A stretch of 54,019 bases of DNA, taken from the NCBI GenBank assembly GCA_001938485.1, contig MQRK01222176.1:5144-59162 (forward strand), written 5' to 3'. The stretch is from Girardia tigrina (lineage: Eukaryota). This document shows, piece by piece, positions 24,497 through 37,480 of the stretch; the stretch's first letter is position 1; the number at the start of each line of letters is the position of its first letter. Both the position numbers and the translations under genes were made by a program. The notes beneath the pieces were generated by a model. That model was given only the letters and a program-made list of their open reading frames with translations, ran no database searches and was not told where the DNA came from.

Positions 24497-25510
24497 GGAA
24501 AAGACAGTAAAATTTGGATCCCAAAAGAAAGACGAGATGAATTTATTGCAGAGTTTCATAAACTACTTTGTCATGCTGGTTCCAAAAAAGTTTATAATTA
24601 TATAAAAAATGATTTCGATATGGAAGATATGAGGATAATAACAAAAGAGATCGTGCAAAGTTGTGTAAATTGTCAGAAAAGAAAGACACAAACTACAAAG
24701 ACAAAAGAAGAAATTATAAAACAGATATCAGAGGAACCATTTCAGAAAATATATATTGATTTTTGTGAACTTTTTAAAAAAAATATTCATGGTAAGCAAT
24801 ATATATTTGCAATTATAGATCATTTTAGCAGATATATATGTTTAACCGCTGTGGCTCATCAAGATGAACAATCAACAAAGAAGATCCTTTTGGAAAAATG
24901 GATTTGGAAGCATGGTCCTCCTAAGGAAATACACATGGATAAGGGGAAAACTTTTGATTCAAAGTTAATAAAGTCCCTAGCTAAAACTTTTAATAATGAT
25001 TTGATTTATTCAAGTCCATATCACCACAACATTAATGGAATTATAGAAAGACAATTTCGAACAATAAGGGACGCAATAAGTATACGAATGGAGGACGGAT
25101 TACATAAAGATTGGGTGGAACTACTTCCGGAAATTGAATTCATGTTGAACTNNNNNNNNNNNNNNNNNNNNNNNNNNNNNNNNNNNNNNNNNNNNNNNNN
25201 NNNNNNNNNNNNNNNNNAAAGACAGGAAGGATGAAGTAAAATCAAAACAACAAGACATAATTGGAAAAATTAAATGGAAAGAAGAGAACATGGAAAAAAA
25301 TATGACGGTCGGTACAATCAGAAATTTCGAAATAGGGAAAAAGTTTTAATAAAGAAGAACAATGCATCGAAAGATGAATTTCGTTTTATTGGTCCGGCAA
25401 TAATAATTAAGAAAGTACATGAGAGAAGTTATGAACTACAATTAGAAAACGGCAAAACAATCATTAGGAATGTAGAATGGCTAAAGCCTTTTAAAGAGAG
25501 GGGGATGTGA
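24497..25510 (+). pseudogene. pol: Integrase (H2C2 zinc finger, DDE core, C-terminus); small gap at 25152-25217
   Basis: KIWIPK..FHKLLCHAG..CVNCQKRK; IYIDF, IHMDKG, NGIIERQFRTI; RNVEWLKPF; PPT AAAGAGAGGGGGA at 25493-25505. Confidence 0.92.
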
Positions 25511-26897
25511 GGGATATTGGAATGATGTTTGAATGATGTTGAGTGATTTTTGAATGAGTCTTATAGTATGTTTGAGACTGGTTGGTGTTTGAAGCATGAC
25601 ATCTCTCCCTAGACAATTGAAGTCAATTATTGTCGAATTTAAAAAATTATATTACTAATTGTATAATAAATTAATTGTTATTTAACAATTAATTAAAAAT
25701 ACAAATGTTTTAATCTTTGCAGATTTTGGCAAATTTTTGAAAAATCAATTGAAGAAACAAGTCATGCCCCAGACGCTGATTACAGATCATTTTAGTCGTA
25801 ATAAATCTTGTAATAAGACTTCGGCTGTTAATATCCTTAATAATGGCGTTCTGGATTATAAAATTTTGCCATTATTTTTTAAATTTCATATATATATATA
25901 TATATATGCGTTATTTTATTCAGTTTATCATAAATCATATTTTGTTTTTGTTTTATTAATTTTTATAATGTTTATTAATTGAAACATAATTTTAGATCTT
26001 TAAAAATATTTTAATGGACATCTCCTGTAAAAATTCAATTCCTAGATATTTTTTCTTCAATTTTAAAAACATTCAATTATAAATTATTTTTTTATAAGAA
26101 TTTCCGTGGACAATTAACTTCAATAAAACATTATGATTTTTATTTTACAACTTGATTTTAAAACATTAATTTTTGTAAAAATATTTATTATCATTTTGAT
26201 TTGAGATTAAATTATAGACATTCATTTTAATCAGAATTTAATTTGCTTTTCTAAAGTTAGTGTAAAATTATTTTAACTTTTGTCAACTAAAAATATGATT
26301 TTTAATTTAAAAATATCAAAAATGTACAGTTCACCAAAACGAACCCCTTAGAATCCTAAATTCTTTAATTGATACAAAAAGTTCATTATTAACCAATAAT
26401 ATTTTTTTTGTTTTCCGTTTTCTTTATATTTTTCATCATGTTTCTCGTGTTTAATTCTTTCAAATTATTACATAGAAAACGTTATTGTTGTTCTTTTACC
26501 AATAATTTTATCGCCAATTCTAATGAATAATTTTTAACGCCAATGGACAAGCTCTAATAAAGTAAAGGTTAAAGTATTAAGATATAGTAATTTTAAGTAG
26601 AAAAAATAAATAATCCTCGCAACTATATAACTCAGCAACTAATACAACATAATCTAAGTACACATATAATATGGCTCGTTAATTTATTTTAAGGTGAATC
26701 GAACTTTTTCTGACTTTGCAATATGACAATCTTAATTAACAGATTTTACAGTAACTTATTTTTTCAGTACTGGGTAAATAAGTTTTCCTATCACATTGAA
26801 CAAGAAAGCCTAATTACTATTCTACATGCAAATTAATTATTAATTTGACAATATGTAGCTTACTGAGAAAAAAGTAAAAATTAATACTAAAATGAAA

Positions 26898-27292
26898 ATT
26901 AGCAGGAATAAGCTATTGTCTGGTAAAAGGATTGTGAAAAGTTGTACCTAGTTCTTCTTACTCTACGGCCTGCGGCCCGCATGTCATTTTACTTCCATTG
27001 GTAGACCCGCAAAAACATTTCAACAGTCACCATGACAAATTCCAGAAGACTTGTACATGGTTGGGTATTTATATTTTTGGTATGAGTACCCTTCAGTGCA
27101 TAAGACTTGGAATATTTTTGTATATATTTTCAATAAATTATTTTTCTGTCTGGTCATACTGACATTTTACTTATTTACATCTGTTAGGTTGGATATCAAA
27201 ATTTTAATTCATAAAACCAAAATTTTATTAATGCAATAACATATTTGAACAAATTTTCGAAGAACTGTTTTTTTAGCACAAACATTTAATAC
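26898..27292. repeat. Near-identical copy of 24101-24496, outside the element
   Basis: Direct comparison; identical 62-aa spurious ORFs at 24254 and 27051. Confidence 0.93.
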
Positions 27293-28313
27293 ATAAAGAT
27301 AAGATAATATAAATATGAAAAATTAATTTATTATGTCTTAATTTTTTCAATTTACAAAACTAATTTTCTAAAATTTCTTTTATTAAAATTTTATCCTTTA
27401 AAGATTATATTAAAAATTCTTATTCATTTTTAAAAAAAATTTCATATAAGAAATATCTAATTTATAAAGTTTTCATGTAATCGTTAAACATATTTTTTTT
27501 AAAAATCCTAAACTAATTTTTTATTTTGATTTTATACTTTTATAAAATTTGTATTTTTAAATTAATGTTTAAATAATATATTTTCATTTTAAATTTTAAT
27601 TTAAAATTTCTGTAAATTTCAACACTTTTTTTAAATATTAATATTAAAAAAAAATTAGGTGAGCTTCCCAAAATCCATATAACATTTTTTCAAATCATTA
27701 TTACTTATCATTTGTAAAGGTATACAACTTAATAACATAAACAACGCTGTAAAAACTGAAACTATATTCAGCGTTTTTTTGACTTCCTCGGTGTTCCGCC
27801 CGATTCTCAGGTTGCCCCGAGAATCGGACGGAGGTAACATGGTTGCGCAGGGAACTTTTCTTGATTTGCTGGGCCCTTTTTAAATTGATTCGCAGCCGAA
27901 AATCAATATTGACAATTTTTCGGCTTGAATTCATTTCATTAAAACTCCACGAGATAAAAATAAGCCAAGACCATATTCAAATCGATTTATTTATTCATAT
28001 TTCAAAAAGTTCGTTTTTCCATCATTTGATTTAATAAAACAAATACTCTTTTACAATTTTTGCATTTAACTTTTTTAAAAAATGATAAACTATTAAAATT
28101 ATTTTCAGACTAAAATTTTTACAAAACGTAAATAAAAAAGAAACACAAAACCAATTTGAATAATCACAAAGGTTTTTTTTAAGTTTTTTTATACGGTAAA
28201 TGAGAAAGCGCGGGATATTTTGAAAATTCATGTACACATTTATATATATATATATATATATATNNNNNNNNNNNNNNNNNNNNNNNNNNNNNNNNNNNNN
28301 NNNNNNNNNNNNN

Positions 28314-28371
<58 letters not shown>

Positions 28372-29639
28372 ATAGATACTCAATTTGTAATATAAATAAG
28401 TAAATTAATTGAATCCCGAACACTCGGCGTAAAAAATAGTTAATTGCATACGTTGTAAGACAACTAAAAGTGTGATAGGAGTAATTTATCAACTTATTAG
28501 AGGGTTTACTTAGGGAGTCCCCATCGGGTCATCATGTTGCCCGGGGATATAAACTGGCTTAACCAAACACCTTTCAAGATGATTCAACGACTAATTACGA
28601 TCCACCTAGTTACATAAACACTTTATACTCTCATGAGGCGGCATTTATTTTAAGATTTTTTTTAAGGAATAAGAAAATAAAAATGATAATATTTTATTTT
28701 TCATATGTTTTTAAATCAAATTATTAATTCATAATATTAAACTTTAATAATATATTTCTAAATAAAATTTAATTGTATATATTTTAGCGCATTATATGTC
28801 GAGCGATAGACTGGTCTAAGCTAGATCATATGTTTTTTCTTCGTGTCACTTTTTTATGATTTTATTTTATATTGTTGTATATATGTTATTATTATTTTTT
28901 TGTATGTGATTTTTGACGAATTTCATTTTTGATCTAGTTTGATCAATTAAGGTTGTTAAACCCGTTTCAAAGAAATTTATAACACTGAATATCAATATTT
29001 TAGACGATTATTTCGTATAATATTTTTGTGATTATATCGTATTATTATGGAAGTTTTAATTTAAAAAAATAATTTTTTAACCAATATTTTTAAATTAATA
29101 AAATTTTATTTTACATTATTAATATATAATTTGTGATTTTCAGATTTTATGAAACAACGGAAACGGAGGTCGAAAGAAATTCAGTTGTGGAATGTCAGAA
29201 AATAAAATTTACAAGGACAATTATGTTTCTTTTTAGAAGAAACTCCTTCTTTAAAATTTAATTCATGAAATAATTATTTTTTAATTTATGAAAAAGGTTG
29301 ATTTGATTTGTAATTTGAGTTTTGTAAAATTGATATTGTATTTTCTATAAAATAAGACACGTATTATAATTATTTTTATGGATGAAAAATGTTTTTATTT
29401 TTTATGGTTTCATTATTTTTTTAATTAAAAAAAATCGATAATTGATGTTTTATTCACGCATTTTATTCGCAATATTATGATAAGAAGTTTAATAACATGT
29501 TCCTATTTGATCTTTATAAGTTAATTTCTTCTTAAATCCTTGAAACAAATCTTTTTTCTGCTTTATAATTGCACATTTCTCAAATCCAATCGCTAAAACT
29601 TTATTTAGTTTTTATTTTTTAAATTAAACAATTTTTGAT

Positions 29640-30310
29640 TTATAAATAACGACATTCAGAAAACTAAATTTTATTGTCGCAATATAATTCGGTAGATTTC
29701 ATGCAACCTTCAGACCTAATTAAAAAACATTTTGCTGCCTTATTTATAGCAAATTAGTGATTATACACTCCCATCGCGGAATATTTAATAAAATATTTTC
29801 AACTTAGTGGAAGAGAGACTTGTTTAGATATTAATTCATGGATTAAGTGATTTAATCAATAATACATCACAAGAAACTCTTTCCCAATAACTTGAAAATT
29901 AATGCGCGATATTTTAAAATCAATTGTATTCAATTTTACTACCATTACCAAATTAACCATGCTTCTGAACCCGTTTACAGATGTAACGAGAAGTATCTCC
30001 AATGTATGTGGCGTTGCACGCATTACACGAAAATCAATAAAACAGATTGGAATATAAACTCGAAGGAGTTGAAGATTTATTGCTGAACGTACTTTAAATT
30101 TTGTAAGATTTAGAAATGATTTTTAAAAGGTTATTATATAATCATCAATTTTATATACTTGTACACCTGGTGTATAAAAAAGAAAAATTGTTGTTAATTA
30201 GGGCTGAAGATGGTGGTAAATACACCGAATTATATTGCGACAATAAAATTTAGTTTTTTTGGTTGCGTTATTGATTAATATAATAATCTGCCATTATTTT
30301 TTAAATTTTT
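29640..30310 (-). mobile_element. Penelope-like unit, subfamily B (minus 30125-29640) with an inverted pLTR copy (plus ~30140-30310); both hammerheads carry GAAA>GAAT
   Basis: Reverse complement of 29900-30125 matches 21001-21250; CTGAAGATGGTGGTAAATACACCGAATTATATTGCGACAATAAAA at 30204 and its decayed inverse at ~29670-29715. Confidence 0.8.
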
Positions 30311-30702
30311 TGACTTTCTGTTGATACTTACGGTTATCTTTATGTCTTTATCTTTATGTTACTACCCCAGTTAGCGTCATTACGACTCTCAGAGAGTCTT
30401 TCGCGGTTTGACATCAAAATTAGTTGAAATATATAAATTTCAAATAGAAAACACTCATAGATCTCTTTGCAAAACTGATTAAGTAATAATATTATATATT
30501 ATATCTTTTAATTATTATTTGCTGATCATTTATATAAAATATTCCATTGGGTGCAGTCAAAAGGGAAAAAAGATAGTACTTTAAATTTCGATCACTGAGC
30601 TTCTATTGAATTTATCAAATTCATGGAACTTTTTTGTGGAACATTTTCATATGAAATCTGATGACATTATTGTTTACATAACAATTGTTTCGTTATATAA
30701 GA

Positions 30703-31101
30703 TGTTAGGAATTTTTTATGAAATGTTTTGAAAATTTTTGAAATAATAATTGAATTAAAGTATCATTTTAAAATTAAAAAAAAATCAAGACGTAATTAAA
30801 GTTATATTAACTATGATAAAATTTCGTAAATGTAAATTAAAATTAAAAATGAACTTATTTAATTGTCAGAAATTAAAAAAAAGTCAAATGAGTTATTAAT
30901 ACTATATTTATTTTTATTATACCGGTTTGAGATTTATGGAATAAATAGTTCCTCAAAAGTAAAAAAAAATAAATGAATTTAATTTCGATTAAATTTGTTT
31001 AAATAAATCTATTAAACATTTTTTTAGAGAAATAAAATTTGAAAAACTGATGGCGGCTTCTAATATTGATAGTGTGGAAGATGTTCCAACAACATCTAAC
31101 A
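30703..31101 (+). mobile_element. Solo LTR (TG...CA)
   Basis: TGTTAGGA...TCTAACA flanked by a TAAGA TSD; orientation assumed. Confidence 0.75.
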
Positions 31102-31160
31102 TAAGATACAGACCGTAGAATAAGAACTAATAAGATTTTTGGCAATGGTTTTATATAAGC

Positions 31161-31607
31161 TATTAGCACCATCACAATTTGAGTGTGAACATTTATGAAC
31201 AACACAAACAGATTCTTCAAAACCATTATCAGTGAGCATCTTTCTTTGATTGATATAGTTTTTGTTTATCTATTCAAATCTAAAAATTAATTAATGGGAC
31301 AGGTTTAATATTAACTTTTAATTTCTCAAAATTTTATTGGATAAAAATGCATTAAATAAATTATTAAATAAACATTTTTTTTAAATATATTAAATTTAGT
31401 AAATTAAAATCGTTTACTAAAAATATTATTAAAATTCATAATTATCAAACTTTAATTAATTATTACTTAAAATTAATATCATTAAATTAATTTCATTAGA
31501 TTCAAATAATCAATCAAATAACATATCAATCCCATCTGAGTAGGAGAGTCACAAATCTAAACAGCATACAAACAACAAACTTACAACATTCCAAATTTTC
31601 CCTCACA
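31161..31607 (-). mobile_element. Solo gypsy LTR (TG...TA)
   Basis: Minus strand TGTGAGGG...CTCTCCTACTCAGATGGGATTG...GCTAATA; TAAGC TSD. Confidence 0.8.
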
Positions 31608-34269
31608 TAAGCTTTGACCTTTGAAATAAGTCTGTTAAAAGTTGCAGGAAGACGAAAGAAATAAAAAAATGATTTATTAATTAGTTTAATAGTTTAAAAA
31701 TAGTTTATTTTAAATGGTTAGTTTAATAGTTTTAAATAAATTCCTATTAAAGAGTTTCTGAATGTTTTCGTAATTTCTATTTATTTAGAGGTCTTTTAAT
31801 GTTTTAATTATAACTTCATTGTTTTATTATATCAAAATTCCTCGACATTCCTCGAAAATAAGTCATGTTGACATATTTTGAAGTGACAATTAATATTGGA
31901 CAGGAAGCCGTGTCTCCGCGATATTTTAGAAAGAGAAGAATTGTTTCTCGTTGTGCATGTCGGTTGAAAAGTGCTTTTCATTTTATTGAACAAAATATTC
32001 AGCGGAATATCATCTCGTTTACACAATTCAAATGTGGCGATATCCCAACCGAGAAAATGATGACACGCATCTTTATTTGCCGGAAGAACATCGAATGATA
32101 GCGCACTCTTTATCGATGTTATAATGAATTCAGGCATAAATTTTAAATTGGCTGAACAAATGACATTCAGTTGTTCATCTTTATATTGGCGTTTAACTTC
32201 AAGTCCGAAATTTTCCCACAATTTTTATTATTTTGTCAATTTATTTCCATATATTTAAATCACCATAAAATTATTTTATTCAAATTCGAATCAAGAACTT
32301 TTATTTGATAAACTTTTTTTACAAAATTCTCTTTTTAACTTGAAATTGAAAAATTGTGAATTGAAATTCAAACACTTTTTATATCAAATTTCGAAATTTT
32401 ACGAACAGAGTTCACTAATTTTTAATCGATTTAACATTGAACAATTTCCAATTATCAGTTCAAGACTAAATTCACACCAATCTCCAATTTGTCACCGATT
32501 TCAAAAATTCAATATACTCGATTGATATTATCAACACACGAAACAAATTTTCGATTTCAATGAAAACTTCAACGATCGTAACTGTTTGGTTCAAAAAATA
32601 CAAGGTCAAACTCTTCTTTGATTTTCGCCAATTTTTTTAACAATCATTAATATATTTAAACAAAATCTTTTTAACTATAATTTTTTTATAATTTTTTTCA
32701 TTTTACTTATTTTAATTTATTTAGTTATTTCTTTTAATTTAATTTACTTTTTTAATTTGTTTTTATTTTACTTAATTGTTTTATTTAATAAAATTTATTT
32801 ATTTAATAAATTTTCCTAATTTAATCAATTATTTATTCATTAATTATATATCTTATTTATATTTACTGATACTGGCAAAAATGTTCGGTCAAATCAGCAA
32901 TTCTCCGCTCCAAATATAATCCCTGTATTATTTTCGTAGAAACAATTCTAGTTCACTTTATAATTATATAATTTTATTATTATAATTTTAATAGATCTAT
33001 ATACATGTATTTAGTATTAATTTTGGAAACATAATTGTCAAGTTTTAAACTGAAAAACAATCTATTTTAAAATTAAGAATAAAAATGTGAAACAAATTAA
33101 TACTTGAATTTCCTGAACACATATCATTTAACAATATCATAAAACAATCAGAAAATGTTTAATTTTGAAAATCTTTTTTTTGGCAAATTATATATAATTT
33201 ATTAAGTTTTAATATTTAATAAGATATATTCTAGGTAAAAAAAACAACTGGAAAACGCAGTGAAAAAATATGTTTTTGTTTGATTTCCAGGGAGGAAACA
33301 GGTGTCCAAAATGGAAAGATTATATCAACTTCGAGGAAAATTCTGTGGTACTGATAACATCACTTTGATAATGTTATCCCGTTACTATAGGTTATATTAT
33401 CATTAGTTACACAGTTAAGTTACTGTAATGATAATTTTACTTATTTTGTTAAATGTATTATTAATCATTATTAAATTTAAACTAATAGGAATAAATCTTG
33501 ATAGTCTTGAATATTAAATAAATTAATGTTAATCAGAATGGGTATTCTAAATCCAATTTAAATTAACTTCTAGAAAAACATTAGACAAAAACCATTCGAC
33601 ATCGATGATATTTGTATTATCATAAAAAAAGATTAAATCAGTAGATACGTGGTCAGATGGCAATTTACTGGCAAACATTTAGTCAACATTAAAATAACGT
33701 ATGTAAAATTCTTTAGCAAAGATGCATGCATCATTTAATTTTGAGTATATCATTTACATTCTAATTAATATGACATTATTTAGTTACAATAGTGTGAACA
33801 TAATTGTTCAGGTGTCATATTGGTAATATTGTTTACACATAATTTGATCTTGGTTTGAGATATGGTGATGTTTTTTTATTAAACTATCCCATTTATTATG
33901 AATTCATTATACAAGAAAACTCGATTTTACTATATCGAAAAAGTAGTACAGGGTAGTTAATCATTTTTAAATTTTGTTTTCAAATTTTCGATTTCGAATT
34001 CAATGCAAAATCCAAAACTCAATTCACCTTTTAAAAATTTTATTATTATTTTCAATTACAAATTATTACAATTGATGCAGTAAAACAATACTGCAATTTT
34101 TTCAATATATATATATATATTTAGAGAAAAAATTAGAATTTATTCAATAATAAGTTTTAACTTTTTTTTATGATTTATCAAATTTCAAAACAAAATGTCG
34201 GATAATGATAAAAACTGAAATTTTTATACACACAAATGTTTATAATTAATTGATTCATTAATTTGAATA

Positions 34270-34780
34270 TTCCATTTCTCCCCGCATGAAGTAATTAATT
34301 ATCATAATTGTCCTGACTCTGTTGACCTTTATTCTGGAAATCTCTTTATCTCGTTTGTTATTTTCTTTTTCAGGAACATTGTGGTTCTGATGATCGATTT
34401 TACATATTTGCTGAAATGCTCGTCTTTTCAGTATCCAATCGATTTCGATATCTACTACTCTACAACTGTTATCAGGTCCCAGAATCATCTTCTTTACTAC
34501 TCCCACAGGCCATCTTTGTTTATTATCACCTGATTCTAAAAATCATACTAAATCTCCCTCTTTCAGATCTCGGTTTTCTTTTAACCATTTACTTCTGATC
34601 CTCCATTCGATGATTATTTCCCTTTTCCATTTGTTCCAAAATTGAGTAGTTAGATTCTTCACGTGCTTTCATCCGGAGTTTACATTTATTTTTTTCTGAT
34701 CCTGTCATCATATAATTACATTCTCCTTGATAACCAACAATGATAAAATGATTTGGCGTAAGATCGGATTGTCTCTAGGA
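34270..34780 (-). mobile_element. BEL/Pao integrase C-terminal fragment with a PPT-like GGGGAGAAA
   Basis: LTPNHFII, QFWNKWKRE..RSKWLKENRDLKEGDLV and RWPVGVVKKMILGPDNSCRVVDI match the BEL C-terminus (DUF5641-type). Confidence 0.8.
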
Positions 34781-35555
34781 TCTTCATCGCATCAATGTTT
34801 TTAGGAGAATATCCATATGACTTAGAGATATGGAGATTAAAGCCTGTTTCATCCAAGAAAAACAAGCGCTTGTTAATTATATCTCTTAGAAACTCTCTTG
34901 CATAAATCTTTCTTTTGTGTAACAGTTCATCATTTAAGACAACACTTGAACGTAACTTTAAACGTTTTCTTGTGATATCTAATTTTTTGAGGCAGTTTGA
35001 TACAGTCGCATGAGACACAAAGATACCACTTTCTTTCAGTTTGGAAACCATTCCTTGTTGTGTCAATTCATTCTCTTCCTGAACTATATCGGAGAAAATT
35101 ATACTCTTTTCATTAGCTTCCATTACCTTTGGGCCAGGTTTCTTTATCAATCCAGATACGTTTTTGCCTTGCTCCTTGCATAAATAAATTTTTTCTAACT
35201 TTTTATATACAGTTGATTTAGATAAGTTTAATCGCTCAGATATGATTGATACCGAGTCGCACTTTTCATCCATGGTTTCAATTAGTTTTAGCTTTTCTAA
35301 AGTTAATGGGATTCTTTTCTTCCTAGCCCTTAACCTTTGATCAGAAACTGTGACATTGTTGATGTTGTTATTATTTTCCATATTGGGATGAATTTTTTAA
35401 TGATTTCCTTAATTCAAATACATAAAGTTATTAATTAACTATTGAATTGGATATAAATATTAATAAAATGGATATAATTTTTAATAAAATGGATATAATT
35501 ATTAATAAAGTGGATATAATTATTAATAAAGTGGATACAATTATTAATAACCCTG
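34781..35555 (-). mobile_element. Tc1/IS630-like transposon 5' half (transposase from 35381, truncated after the first catalytic D)
   Basis: HTH ISERLNLSKSTVYK, VSHATVSNCLKKLDITRKRL, FFLDETGFNLH..YGYSPK; terminus TA-CAGGG at 35555. Confidence 0.85.
35448..35550. repeat. Five 21-bp tandem repeats at the Tc1 terminus
   Basis: TGGATATAATTATTAATAAAR x5. Confidence 0.9.
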
Positions 35556-36989
35556 TATATAGAATATTTATGTTTTTTCCTTTAATGCTTTATAATAAAT
35601 TTATCATGTTGAGTAACTATTTAATTGCAAAATTGAGTTGTAAAAATTTTTGGTATGAAATTTTTACTTTCTAAAAAAGATTTACAGTTGCTAATAACAT
35701 AATTAATTTATTAAAAATGAAATAGTGATTCTCCTTTCTACAAAAGATAACAAAATAATTATGTTGTCTAAGTAGAATTCTGCTTGCATTAAGAACGGAT
35801 ATGTAATTTTTTTTGATTTACTAGTTATATTCAATCGTAAAGTATCTTGAATTATGATAAGTTTTGTATACGATTTATGTGATTAAATTTGAATTTTAAA
35901 TATTGGTAACGTCCTGAAATGTATGAATTATTATGAAACTTTTTAAAATATTTTACAATTTAAATTTTCAACAATTCTAAAAATTTATGAGTTTGCCAAA
36001 AAATCCTCAGTGTCAATCCTCTGGCCAACATAACGCAGAACCGTATTTTGATTCGTCCAAAAATCGATAAAAACACATTTACGAAGAAAAATTCAAAATA
36101 ATTCAGCTCAGAAACTTTGTATTCCAATAATAAACAATCTCAAACGAGAAAGTCACACACGAAACTCAATTTCCATCACATACGCATTTTCAATTCATTG
36201 CCAATTACCAACAAATTTTTTATTTAATTTTGTGCGTTTAAACAACGCACAATTTTATTAACCTCAAAAACAAATTTTCTTTTCTAAATTCCTTTATAAT
36301 TATTATTTGTTTCTTTATTTCTTTTTTTAAGTGATAATTTTTTTAATATTTTTTTATTTTATTCATTAAAATACATTTCATCCAATTTAATTTAAATAAC
36401 AGAATGAAGTTATGGATAAATAGATTGGGATTACAATTCTATCTTTGCCAAATCTTTTTTTTCAGTTTTGTCGACTTTTGCTTCTTCTTTAACTTCGTCT
36501 TTTTCTAATTTTCCTTGAAATATCGTTCGTTATCATTTCTTCATTCTCAGTATCCCCCAGGGTGGAGCGAACACTGGGTTTTAGAGATTATCTTTTGTGT
36601 TATCCTACGATTATGGAATTTTCCTGGATTGATACATTAAAAATGGGTTTTCATTTCAAAAAACAGTTTAGACTATTGTATATATACTAATTGGACTGTA
36701 TTTTTTAGTTAAGATAAATAATATTTATTAATTAAAACTTTTCATTGAAAAACCTTTCTTTCAAACACAAAACCATGTAAATATATTTTTCAAATGCTAT
36801 AATCATAACATAATTTTCGTAAATGTAAAATGATAATGCTAGCAACAAAGCCTATATACGGTTTTATGTTACAGACTAAAGTGAAGCTTTGAGTTAAAAT
36901 ATCTCACAAAAGAAAAGACATGTTCTTCTTCGACGGAAAGTTTCGGAACAGTGAGAAATAGCTATGGACTAAGTCTATTAAATTTCCTA

Positions 36990-37480
36990 TATTTCAAACT
37001 TTCTCCCATTAATGAGTTTCGCTAAATTAGTTGCTGTCACCGACATTTTAGCTTCATTGACATTGTGATAACTTCTTTCAATCATGCTTCTATCAAAATA
37101 AGTGAAATGGCCAATATTCTTTGATATTTTTCTGGACATGTATTGATATATAGAAGCAGTTTGAATCAAAATAACTTCTCAATGGATCGTTTCACAATCT
37201 GAGCTATAGGATAGCAAACTATTTTAGTGTATCAATTGTCCTTTAATCAGTTATTTTTCGTTTAATAAAATAATCAAAATTCAGACTCTTGGTCGTTAAC
37301 TTTTGGCTTAGCTCTTCTAGTGCAAACATCGCAATAGGCAATAAAGTTAGTAGTTTTTGATCACATCGGCAGATAGCCTTAACAGTTACATGCAGAGGTT
37401 ACAAAACTTTAGAAAAATTTGAAATCCATAAATTTCATATCTCTAGATTGTTTGCACTAGGAATACTGAAATTGAACCTC
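36990..37480 (-). mobile_element. Probable hAT (hATm-like) transposase fragment
   Basis: SKVL*PLHVTVKAICRCDQKLLT..FALEELSQ resembles L.PVKL.VEALCRRD.NLLT. Confidence 0.45.

Larger units (their letters stand above)
21506..25842 (+). mobile_element. Ty3/gypsy LTR retrotransposon, non-autonomous (RT/RNase H replaced by foreign DNA)
   Basis: 337-bp LTRs at 21506-21842 and 25506-25842 (8 mismatches counted), ATGGC TSD, PBS, gag, protease, integrase and PPT. Confidence 0.95.

Noticed and set aside
25843-25848. ATGGCG after the 3' LTR as a second PBS (tandem element)
   Set aside because: It is the ATGGC TSD followed by the resumed Penelope tail
35447-35674. ORF MDININKMDIIFNK...
   Set aside because: Translation of the 21-bp terminal repeats
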